Source: Patescibacteria group bacterium (GTDB taxonomy: Bacteria; Patescibacteriota; Patescibacteriia; 2-01-FULL-39-33). From it: 32,000 bases of DNA. The notes beneath the pieces are model-generated. The model worked only from the letters and a program-made list of their open reading frames with translations. It was not told where the DNA came from and ran no database searches. Where the stretch lies: contig JBAZRV010000006.1 of the NCBI GenBank assembly GCA_041662745.1, forward strand, positions 1 through 32,000. Direction: 5' to 3'. Position 1 is the stretch's first letter; every line of letters begins with the position of its first letter. The position numbers and the translations under genes are program-made. Shown one piece after another: positions 24,333-32,000 of this stretch.

Positions 24333-24353
24333 CCCGATTCCTGGGGAATCGGG
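24333..24353 (-). terminator. Terminator downstream of the metallophosphoesterase gene
   Basis: Minus strand CCCGATTCC-CCA-GGAATCGGG followed by TTTTAATTTT. Confidence 0.8.
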
Positions 24354-24363
24354 CAAGGTGCGC

Positions 24364-25521
24364 TTAAAACGCCAGCGGCGGCAGAGGATCAACCGGCACA
24401 TGACCGAAAGTGATCTCATGCCGTGGCAGACAGACGGTAGCGAAATTCCGATCATGATTGACATCGCCCGGATTAATAATCCGAATCTGCTGGCCTTCAT
24501 AATACAATGCTTCGTTGGTAAAGCCGCAAAGCACGTAATTAGTCATGGGAAATTTCTGACGGATTTTCATCGCCAAAACATCCATGCCCATTTCGCTTAA
24601 ATCCATGAACTCCAGAGCCAAATCCAATTTGACATAAAAACGCTGGCCTTTAATGCTCACGATGGGCGTTTCCGGGTCAATCCGGTGCCAATTGGCGGGA
24701 ATATCGCCCCAAGTATCGGCTATATTCAGATCCTCAATCTGTTCCGGTAGTAAGTTATAATAAACATCAAAACCGGCTAACTCGGGACGCCCGATATCGC
24801 TTAAGTCAATATTGCCGATATGAATCACGTAATTGACTCCGCGCGCGGCGAATTCCTGACGCAAACGATCCCAAAAACCGACATCCAACTTGGAAACATT
24901 CAAACTGTCGGAAATGATGCCGACGGTAAACGGCTCTTCCTGTGGCGGGCAAGGCATTACCCGGCCAAACACCACCTGATTATCCTCGGTATAAACGACG
25001 GCGAATTCATAACCCCAATTGACTGATTCTTCAGCCGCGCCCGGGTTAACCATGGAAACCAAGTGGCCTTGCCGATAGGTTTGGGCATGGGTATGTCCGC
25101 CGAAAATCCAACGCAAGCCGTCATTCTCTAACCGAAGGCGTTGCAGGCGTTCGTCAAACTTAGCCTCGTTCATATTAAGATAAAAATCAAATGGCAACTT
25201 ATGGCCGAGATAGTACAATTCCCCGTTGCGTTTGATGATGCGATGGCCGGGCATGGTGTAGCGCCAATGGCCGACGGGAGGAAAAAACTTTCCTCGAGGG
25301 CTCAAGCAACTGCCCTTGTCATCCCGTTCGCACTGATTCTCAACTAAGGCATAGTAAACGGGAAAATCGCCATAAAGCCGAGAATTAAAATGCTCGGGCT
25401 CGGTCAAGTCGCCGGCGTGAAAAACCACTTCCACGCCGCGACGCTTGAACTCAGAAATAATATGGGGCGTAGCGCCGTTTTTATCCTTATGCGTATCAGC
25501 AATGACACCGATAACTGGCAT
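24364..25521 (-). CDS. Two-domain metallophosphoesterase (active-looking N-half, degenerate C-half)
   Basis: N-half GVIADTHKD, FHAGDLTE, GGHTHAQT, NPGA; C-half GIISDSLN, IHIGNIDLSD, CGFTNEA, NPGDV. SD AAGGAGTTTTTGCC-ATG. Confidence 0.8.
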   Translation of the reverse strand: MPVIGVIADTHKDKNGATPHIISEFKRRGVEVVFHAGDLTEPEHFNSRLYGDFPVYYALVENQCERDDKGSCLSPRGKFFPPVGHWRYTMPGHRIIKRNGELYYLGHKLPFDFYLNMNEAKFDERLQRLRLENDGLRWIFGGHTHAQTYRQGHLVSMVNPGAAEESVNWGYEFAVVYTEDNQVVFGRVMPCPPQEEPFTVGIISDSLNVSKLDVGFWDRLRQEFAARGVNYVIHIGNIDLSDIGRPELAGFDVYYNLLPEQIEDLNIADTWGDIPANWHRIDPETPIVSIKGQRFYVKLDLALEFMDLSEMGMDVLAMKIRQKFPMTNYVLCGFTNEALYYEGQQIRIINPGDVNHDRNFATVCLPRHEITFGHVPVDPLPPLAF

Positions 25522-25713
25522 GGCAAAAACTCCTTTTGGTTTTTAAAGTACTGCATTTCACCCATCAATCTTCTTCAAAACATACCACCGGAAATGTTTT
25601 TAGTCAAGAAAAACCAATAATAACGTTTTTATCTAAAGGTTAAGCAGCGAGGTTTTTTAATTGAATTAAAGCCGAAAAAATACTATAATTAACTCAACTT
25701 TCAACCATGATTT

Positions 25714-28548
25714 ATGACAGCTAAAAAACAAAAACTCCTGATTATTGATTCTAATGCTCTGGTGCATCGCGCTTTCCACGCCCTGCCGCCGACCCTAACC
25801 GACGAGAAGGGCCGGCCGACCAACGCGGTTTACGGCTTCACCTCCATTTTCCTTAAGGCGATAAAAGACATTAAGCCCGACTACATCGCGGCCACTTTTG
25901 ACCGCAAAGAGAAAACCTTCCGCCACGAGCAGTATGAGGCGTACAAGGCCACGCGCGTCAAAGCGCCGGATGAGCTGTATGAACAAATCCCTCTGGTCAA
26001 ACAAGTGTTAGAAGCATTTAGCATACCGATTTTTGAACTGGCCGGCTATGAAGCCGATGATTTGATCGGCACTATTGCCAATCTGAAAACCATTGACCGG
26101 CCCGATATTGAAACTATTATTCTAACCGGCGATCAGGATTGTTTGCAATTGGTAGACTACAACACTAAGGTTTTTTCGCCTCATAAGGGGCTGTCAGAAA
26201 CAATCCTCTACGGCGAAGCCGAAGTCAAGGAAAAATTCGGCGGCTTGATGCCCGGTCAACTGATTGATTACAAAGGACTGCGCGGCGACACTTCTGACAA
26301 CATCCCCGGCGTCCGGGGTATCGGCGAGAAAGGCGCGATTGATTTGTTGAATAATTTCAAGACCATTGAAGGAATCTACGAGCACATTGATTCTGATTTG
26401 ATCAAAGACCGCACGCGGGAACTGCTTAAGGAACAAAAGAAGCAAGCGCTGATGTCGCGGGAACTGGCGACAATTAAAAAGGATGCGCCCATAAAATTCA
26501 AATTGGCCGATTGCCGTTTCACCGGCTTTGATCAAAACAAAGTCGTTGATTTATTTCAAGAGTTGGGATTTAAACGGCTGATGAACCAAGTGGCCACGCT
26601 GGCTAAAAGCGGCCTGATCGCGCCGACCGGCCAAGGCAGTTTGTTCTCTGCCGCGGTTAGCGATCAAGAAGAAAAAGAATCAACCGCCTTCTCTGTCATT
26701 CCCGCGAAGGCGGGAATCCAGGTTAATAATCATCCTGCCAATAGCCGCTTGGGCAAACAGGACTACCGGCTGGTAACAGCCGGCGACTTGAAAAAATTTT
26801 TAGCCGAACTGAAAAAACAAGAAGAATTTTGCTTTGATACGGAAACAACCGGGCTTAACCCCTTTGCTGACAATTTAATCGGCATCGCTTTCTGCTGGCA
26901 AGCCGGCGCAGCCCGGTATCTGCCGGTTGATTTAGCCGATCAGATTAAGCCGGAACTGTCGAAAATTTTCGACAGTAAAAAAATCAAAAAAATCGGACAC
27001 AATCTTAAATTCGACGCCGAAGTGTTGGAAAAATATTTCGGCCAAGCGATCAACGGGCTGTCTTTTGATACCATGATTGCTTCCTACATCTTGAACCCCG
27101 GCCATCGCCAGCACAACCTGGACACTTTGGCGTTTATTGAATTCGGTTACCAGATGCAGCCGATCAGCGATTTGATCGGCAACGGCAAAAACCAAATTTC
27201 CCTGGCCGAAGCGCCGCTGGAAAAAGTCAGCTGGTATTCCAGCGAGGACGCTGACTTGACCTTCCGCCTGTATCAGAAGCTTCGGCCGGAGCTGGATAAA
27301 TCCGCCCTGCTGCCACTATTTGAAAAATTGGAAATGCCCTTGGTTGAAGTATTGGTGGCCATGGAGACTAACGGCATCAGAATAAACAGCAAAGCCTTAA
27401 AAAACTTAAGCGCCGTTTTTGCCAAGAGAATCAAAGAGCTGGAAAAAAAAGCCTGGAAAATGGCGGGCGAAGAATTCAATCTGGCCAGCCCCAAGCAGTT
27501 AAAGGAAATCTTGTTTGACAAAATGGGCATCTCCACTGCCGGCATCGGCAAAACCAAAACCGGCTTGTCTACCGCCGCCGGCGAACTGGAAAAGCTTCAG
27601 GGTCAACATAAGATAATTGACTTAATCATAGAATTCCGCGAACTATCTAAGCTGAAGAACACCTATCTGGACGCCCTGCCGGCTTTGGCTGATTCCTCCG
27701 GCCGTGTCCATACCAGTTACAACCAAACCGTCACCGCCACCGGGCGCCTATCGTCTTCCGAGCCCAACCTGCAGAATATTCCCATTCGCACCGAAACGGG
27801 CGGACCCATTCGCAAGGCGTTTATCGCCGACAAGGGTTTTCAAATTCTTAAAGCCGATTACTCGCAGATTGAATTGCGCATCATCGCATCGCTCGCCAAC
27901 GACAAGCAAATGCTGAAGATTTTCCAGTCTGGCGGTGATATTCATACTATGACCGCGGCCATTATTCACAGCATTAAGCCGGAAGAAGTGACTAAGGCTC
28001 TGCGCCGCACGGCCAAAGAAATCAATTTCGGCGTAATCTACGGCATGGGCGCCTGGGGGCTGTCCTCTCGTACCGGTCTATCCAACACGGAAGCGCAGAA
28101 ATTCATCTACAAATACTTTGAAACCTTTTCCGGCGTCAAGAAATGGCTGGAGGAAACCGTGGAGATCGCCAAAGACAAGGGTTATGTGGAGACCTTTTAC
28201 GGCCGCAAGCGCTACTTGCCGGAAATCAATTCCAGCATTTCCCAGGTTCGTAACAGCGCCGAACGCATGGCCGTCAATATGCCGATTCAAGGAACGGCTG
28301 CCGATTTGATCAAGCTGGCTATGATAGAAATCCACGCCGGCCTGCCCAAAGTATCGGAACGCTCCCGCCTGTTGTTGCAAGTCCACGACGAATTAGTTCT
28401 GGAAGTGCCGGAACATGAGGTCCGCAAAGTCGGCAAATACGTCCATGACACCATGTGCTCGGTCATGAAACTGCGCGCGCCCATTGACGCCGACGTTTCC
28501 GCCGGCGATAATTGGGGAGAGACCTCCCCGCTGTCATTCCGGCCGTAG
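25714..28548 (+). CDS. polA: DNA polymerase I
   Basis: 5'-3' exonuclease domain, DTETTGLNP 3'-5' exonuclease motif, DYSQIELRIIASLANDKQ, RRTAKEINFGVIYGMGAWGLS, LLQVHDELVLEVPE. Confidence 0.97.
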   Translation: MTAKKQKLLIIDSNALVHRAFHALPPTLTDEKGRPTNAVYGFTSIFLKAIKDIKPDYIAATFDRKEKTFRHEQYEAYKATRVKAPDELYEQIPLVKQVLEAFSIPIFELAGYEADDLIGTIANLKTIDRPDIETIILTGDQDCLQLVDYNTKVFSPHKGLSETILYGEAEVKEKFGGLMPGQLIDYKGLRGDTSDNIPGVRGIGEKGAIDLLNNFKTIEGIYEHIDSDLIKDRTRELLKEQKKQALMSRELATIKKDAPIKFKLADCRFTGFDQNKVVDLFQELGFKRLMNQVATLAKSGLIAPTGQGSLFSAAVSDQEEKESTAFSVIPAKAGIQVNNHPANSRLGKQDYRLVTAGDLKKFLAELKKQEEFCFDTETTGLNPFADNLIGIAFCWQAGAARYLPVDLADQIKPELSKIFDSKKIKKIGHNLKFDAEVLEKYFGQAINGLSFDTMIASYILNPGHRQHNLDTLAFIEFGYQMQPISDLIGNGKNQISLAEAPLEKVSWYSSEDADLTFRLYQKLRPELDKSALLPLFEKLEMPLVEVLVAMETNGIRINSKALKNLSAVFAKRIKELEKKAWKMAGEEFNLASPKQLKEILFDKMGISTAGIGKTKTGLSTAAGELEKLQGQHKIIDLIIEFRELSKLKNTYLDALPALADSSGRVHTSYNQTVTATGRLSSSEPNLQNIPIRTETGGPIRKAFIADKGFQILKADYSQIELRIIASLANDKQMLKIFQSGGDIHTMTAAIIHSIKPEEVTKALRRTAKEINFGVIYGMGAWGLSSRTGLSNTEAQKFIYKYFETFSGVKKWLEETVEIAKDKGYVETFYGRKRYLPEINSSISQVRNSAERMAVNMPIQGTAADLIKLAMIEIHAGLPKVSERSRLLLQVHDELVLEVPEHEVRKVGKYVHDTMCSVMKLRAPIDADVSAGDNWGETSPLSFRP
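26695..26724 (+). repeat. dRS3-like inverted-repeat element inside polA
   Basis: GTCATTCCCGCGAAGGCGGGAATCCAGGTT; arms ATTCCCGC/GCGGGAAT; encodes VIPAKAGIQV in frame. Confidence 0.85.
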
Positions 28549-28582
28549 TATTAACGAAGAGCCGGAATTCAGGTAATAACTT

Positions 28583-28627
28583 GAGATCCCCTGCCGGCAG
28601 GCAGGTTCACTTTGTTCAGTGATGACA
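28583..28627 (+). repeat. Dispersed palindromic element after polA
   Basis: GAGATCCCCTGCCGGCAGGCAGG...GTGATGACA, sharing the TGCCGGCA core with 13302-13323. Confidence 0.5.
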
Positions 28628-28685
28628 TAAAAACCACCTTGAGCAACTGGGCGGTTTTTTATAATTAGGATTCAAGGAGTAGATA

Positions 28686-28714
28686 TTGACAAAGCATAAT
28701 TAGTATGGTAATCT
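28686..28714 (+). promoter_or_regulatory. Promoter of the 28770-29345 gene
   Basis: TTGACA (28686-28691), 17 nt, TAATCT (28709-28714). Confidence 0.5.
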
Positions 28715-28769
28715 GAAAAAGAATTATTGAACATTTAAATTAAGACCTAAAACAAAGGAGGATCAAATA

Positions 28770-29345
28770 ATGGCTAACATATTGAAAAAAGAACCGCAAA
28801 CAGAAATGGAATACTGGGAGGCGATTGATGGTATCGGGGGGATAATCTGGAACACAAATCACGATATCGGCCATGGACGGTACGAAAATTCTTCAGAGAT
28901 AGAACAATACCTGACCGATGCCCAAGAAACCATTGAACGCTTAGTCAATGAATTAGCTGATAAATTCGGAGTAATCCCTCCCCGGGATTGCCCCAAGTCA
29001 AAACCAGGCGAAAAAGTTCCACCGGCGTCGGAAGGAAAAACCTATTACTGGGATTGGTATTATGCGAAAAAAGCAGAAGCCAAAAAACAATATTATGAAA
29101 GCATTATTTGTTCCGCCTGCCCCTATAGTGAAGGATTAGAGAGTATGACAGGTTTTAATGTCCCATGCGAACTTTGGAAAGGCGTCCTTTACCGGCTTAC
29201 TTTTCCATATCTGTGTGCAATGCTAGGGGATTACGGCCAGGAAAAACTTCACCAAATAATTCAACAAAGGGGCGGCGAACAGGCGCTCAAAGTTTTTAAA
29301 GAAAAACTGGAGACTCTGAAAAAAGACTTTGGAAAAAAGAAGTAG
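28770..29345 (+). CDS. Hypothetical protein (191 aa)
   Basis: SD AAAGGAGGATCAAATA-ATG. No family recognised; ICSACPY / VPCELW Cys residues. Confidence 0.75.
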   Translation: MANILKKEPQTEMEYWEAIDGIGGIIWNTNHDIGHGRYENSSEIEQYLTDAQETIERLVNELADKFGVIPPRDCPKSKPGEKVPPASEGKTYYWDWYYAKKAEAKKQYYESIICSACPYSEGLESMTGFNVPCELWKGVLYRLTFPYLCAMLGDYGQEKLHQIIQQRGGEQALKVFKEKLETLKKDFGKKK

Positions 29346-29461
29346 CCGACAGATAATAATGCTCATTTGACACCACTCAAGCATCTGCTGCGAGTGGCGT
29401 TTTTTATTAACCAAAAAACCGCCAAGGCCAAGTCTAGGCGGTTTTATAAATGTGCAAAATA

Positions 29462-30526
29462 TTAAGCGCAATAGACGGCTAAGGCCTTATCTATCGCTAC
29501 CTTAAACTGCTCTTGATGATGGCTCATAACCTTATAGCGTAAAAACGACTTGCGAGCGCGAAGCAAGCTGGCGCCATTATCATATTTGAATACGGGATCG
29601 CCGCTTATGTAATCAGTCAGGTATCTGATACCCAGCTCCAAAGAAATAATTCTTCCGGCCAACGCAAAATGCTCAATCTCCTCCGGCAACAGCAGTCTGC
29701 CCGTACCGGCCAAATAGCCGTTAAGCAAAGCGCTGAAACATTCGGTCGGAGAGGGGCGCTCGTCAAACTCCACGCCCAAAGCCGAACGGAACATATCGCC
29801 GAAATCAAATAAGCTATAGCCCGCCATAGTGGTATCCAAATCAATCACTGCCACCGCCGCGCCCGTGCTTTTATCCAATAAAACATTATCTATCCCCGTA
29901 TCATTGTGCGTTAACCGCAAAGGAATATTACCGCCGTTAATCAGCGCGGAGAATTCCATGATCTCCTCCAGCCGGCTTTTAACAAACTCAATTTCTTTCA
30001 GACAGTCGGCAACTCGGCCGAATTGATCTTGCTGTCGCGCCAAGACTAGCTGTTCATAACGCCATAGGGTATTATGAAAATCGGACACGACCACATTAAG
30101 CGCATTAAGCGGCAACTTGACTAGCAAAGCTAAGTATTGGCCGTAGGCTTTGGCGATTTCATACGCCTGATAGATATTTTCAATCCTCTGACAGCTGTAA
30201 GAATGATCAAAAAAATCATATAAGCGCCAATAAGCTCCCGCCTCATCGCGATGCCACAAAGCGCTGCCGTCTTTCAAGCCGACAGCGGACAAACCCAGCG
30301 CCTGGCCGCGGCCAGACACGATGGCAGAAAAATTCTCTAACAGTTTCAGCGGTTCAGGAAAATACTGGTCATTAACTCGCTGTAATAAGTATGACTTGCC
30401 GGCCAGAGTAACGCAAAAACTGTCATTAATCGCGCCTTTACCGTAACGCTCAATGCTGTCCGGCCGCGCGTCCAGAAACTTATGGGCGACCTCTGCCAAA
30501 TATTCAAAATCGAATTGTTGTTTCAT
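29462..30526 (-). CDS. Aminoglycoside-phosphotransferase-fold kinase (N-acetylhexosamine-kinase-like)
   Basis: SD GGGAGGCATATT-ATG at 30526 (internal to ORF 29462-30595); LRLTHNDTGIDNVLLD, AVIDLDTTMAG, FGDMFRSAL. Confidence 0.8.
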   Translation of the reverse strand: MKQQFDFEYLAEVAHKFLDARPDSIERYGKGAINDSFCVTLAGKSYLLQRVNDQYFPEPLKLLENFSAIVSGRGQALGLSAVGLKDGSALWHRDEAGAYWRLYDFFDHSYSCQRIENIYQAYEIAKAYGQYLALLVKLPLNALNVVVSDFHNTLWRYEQLVLARQQDQFGRVADCLKEIEFVKSRLEEIMEFSALINGGNIPLRLTHNDTGIDNVLLDKSTGAAVAVIDLDTTMAGYSLFDFGDMFRSALGVEFDERPSPTECFSALLNGYLAGTGRLLLPEEIEHFALAGRIISLELGIRYLTDYISGDPVFKYDNGASLLRARKSFLRYKVMSHHQEQFKVAIDKALAVYCA

Positions 30527-30543
30527 AATATGCCTCCCATCGA

Positions 30544-31200
30544 TTAAAGCGCGATTATATTTTCTCCGATACCACTGAATATGGATATGTGACAATTGCC
30601 AAAAGGCATAAGCTGCAATCGTTCTTTGGCCTTGTCAATTGTGACGTCCATAATCAGCCGCCAGAACAAGATACCCCATTTGCCATGACCAACAACCAGG
30701 ATCGTCTTAAAACCACTGTAACAACCATAGAAAAAATCATTTAAAAAAGAGCGAATCTGCAATTCTACATCAGGTCCGGACTGGCCGCCCGGTGCGCGGT
30801 AATGATACCAGCCTTCGCGCTTTTGGATTTGTTCCTCAAGCGGATACAGCCGAACAATATCCGCCTTGCTCATTGTGTGCCAGATGCCGCGCCACCATTC
30901 GTCCAAACGAGAATCCATAATCGGTTTCAAACCGCAAGGGTTATAAACTTCTGTAATTCCCTGCAGGGTTTGTTCGGTTCGCAGATAGCTGGAAAAAAAT
31001 GCTTGCTCCCAAGAAAGTCCCACAATCTTTAAAGCCCGACCGGCATGATGCGCTTGGTTTTGACCGTTTAATGTCAGGGGAAACCGATGATTCGGCAATT
31101 CAACCAATGACTCATCGTCCAAACCCTTGGCATTACCGATTGATTCACCATGGCGCACAAAAATAATTTTTTTACCACTATCTTTAAGCTGCTGCAACAT
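30544..31200 (-). CDS. Histidine phosphatase (phosphoglycerate-mutase-like) family protein
   Basis: IIFVRHGESIGN, FSSYLRTEQT, LVVGHGKWG; SD AAGGAGAAAAGAAT-ATG. Confidence 0.85.
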   Translation of the reverse strand: MLQQLKDSGKKIIFVRHGESIGNAKGLDDESLVELPNHRFPLTLNGQNQAHHAGRALKIVGLSWEQAFFSSYLRTEQTLQGITEVYNPCGLKPIMDSRLDEWWRGIWHTMSKADIVRLYPLEEQIQKREGWYHYRAPGGQSGPDVELQIRSFLNDFFYGCYSGFKTILVVGHGKWGILFWRLIMDVTIDKAKERLQLMPFGNCHISIFSGIGENIIAL

Positions 31201-31270
31201 ATTCTTTTCTCCTTTTTGCCCTCCGAAACATTAGTGTAGGAGGGTGGTTGTAAAGTGCGGTTTACTTTCT

Positions 31271-32000
31271 TTATTTCTTAATCGCTTGCCAATTAAATTC
31301 AAAAATCTGTTTTTGCATCTGATAAATTGACTCATTCTCCACTACCACGCCGAGGGAATTGCCGGAATCATCCAATCCGATGTGGGCGATCTTGCCGCCG
31401 TAGATCAATTCATGCGTCATTCTCAGGTTATCGCCGGCCACGGGAATCTGCCGTCTTTCATCCAGGCCGAAAATTCCGCCCGCTTCGCCCAGAGAAACCA
31501 CGCGTACGATTATCTTTTTATCGGTTCGCTTTTTATTGAAATCGGGCATAGCCGTATAAAGATGCTTGCGATCCTCAGCGGCGCCGGAAGAATAAACAAA
31601 ATAAACCTTATCCTCACGATTTCTCATGGTTTCCAACACGTCCTGCAGAATCTGCTTCATGCCTTGGTCGCCCTCATAAAATTTAACGGCCGGCCGATTG
31701 CCACTGCGTTCAAAAATCGCTTGCAAACGAGGCAAATTCTCTTTGATGTCCTCTTTAACCAGGGCCAGTTTCTCTTCGCGGTCTTCCAGGGCGTTTAAGA
31801 GCTTTTCCGGCGGTTCGGCCACAAAGAACTGTTTGGTTTGCTTGTGGTAATAAGTAACCAGCCCGACGGCAATAAGCGCTTTCAAAATATCATAGGTTGT
31901 TCCCCGATTAATCCCGGCTTTATCGGCCACGACGCGAACGGAAGACGGCCCCAATTCAATCAAAGCCAAGTAAACCGAGGTTTCCTTGTCGCTCAAGCCG
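31271..32000 (-). CDS. TrmB-family transcriptional regulator (5' end beyond window)
   Basis: GLSDKETSVYLALIELGPSSVRVVADKAGINRGTTYDILKALIAVGLV winged-helix N-terminus; frame stays open to the right edge. Confidence 0.8.
   Translation of the reverse strand, partial: GLSDKETSVYLALIELGPSSVRVVADKAGINRGTTYDILKALIAVGLVTYYHKQTKQFFVAEPPEKLLNALEDREEKLALVKEDIKENLPRLQAIFERSGNRPAVKFYEGDQGMKQILQDVLETMRNREDKVYFVYSSGAAEDRKHLYTAMPDFNKKRTDKKIIVRVVSLGEAGGIFGLDERRQIPVAGDNLRMTHELIYGGKIAHIGLDDSGNSLGVVVENESIYQMQKQIFEFNWQAIKK

Noticed and set aside
14134-28484. Numerous 60-155 aa ORFs antisense or out of frame within pnp, mgtA, smc, metallophosphoesterase and polA
   Set aside because: They are contained in strongly supported conserved genes and lack independent evidence.
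1-32000. CRISPR arrays, rRNA genes, complete insertion sequences, defence or toxin-antitoxin systems
   Set aside because: No regularly spaced repeats, no rRNA signatures, no transposase/integrase or recognised defence domains were seen. The acidic/basic pair at 12476-12972 is too weakly supported to call toxin-antitoxin.

Overview
This 32 kb window looks like a chromosomal segment of a small-genome bacterium, plausibly Candidate Phyla Radiation/Patescibacteria. That is an inference from gene style and short intergenic spacers; no database was consulted. Housekeeping genes read from protein motifs: folD, a lysozyme-like secreted protein, tRNA-Cys(GCA), a nucleotidyltransferase plus O-antigen-ligase-like pair, a ClpP-like protease, an HD-domain protein, nfo, a YfcE-like phosphoesterase, a DUF167/YggU-like gene, lgt, rpsO, pnp, an mgtA-type P-type ATPase, smc, a two-domain metallophosphoesterase, polA, an APH-like kinase, a histidine phosphatase, and a TrmB-family regulator cut by the right edge. 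The most unusual material is non-coding. (1) A ~500 nt orphan transcription unit at 17846-18377 has a sigma70-type promoter, at least ten hairpins, a strong Rho-independent terminator and no ORF; it is my best candidate for an undescribed structured RNA. (2) A second promoter-to-terminator unit without a convincing ORF lies at 10911-11396. (3) The tRNA-Cys 3' end is duplicated as a 26 bp direct repeat flanking a GC-rich, highly foldable ~123 nt segment. (4) A dRS3-like inverted repeat is inserted in frame in polA, with relatives elsewhere in the window. (5) rpsO and pnp have structured leaders, including a long pnp stem reminiscent of RNase III/PNPase autoregulation. An unlisted 49-aa Cys-rich microprotein gene lies at 12476-12625 behind a perfect consensus promoter. 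Folding was done by eye, so all RNA structures need computational and comparative checks.
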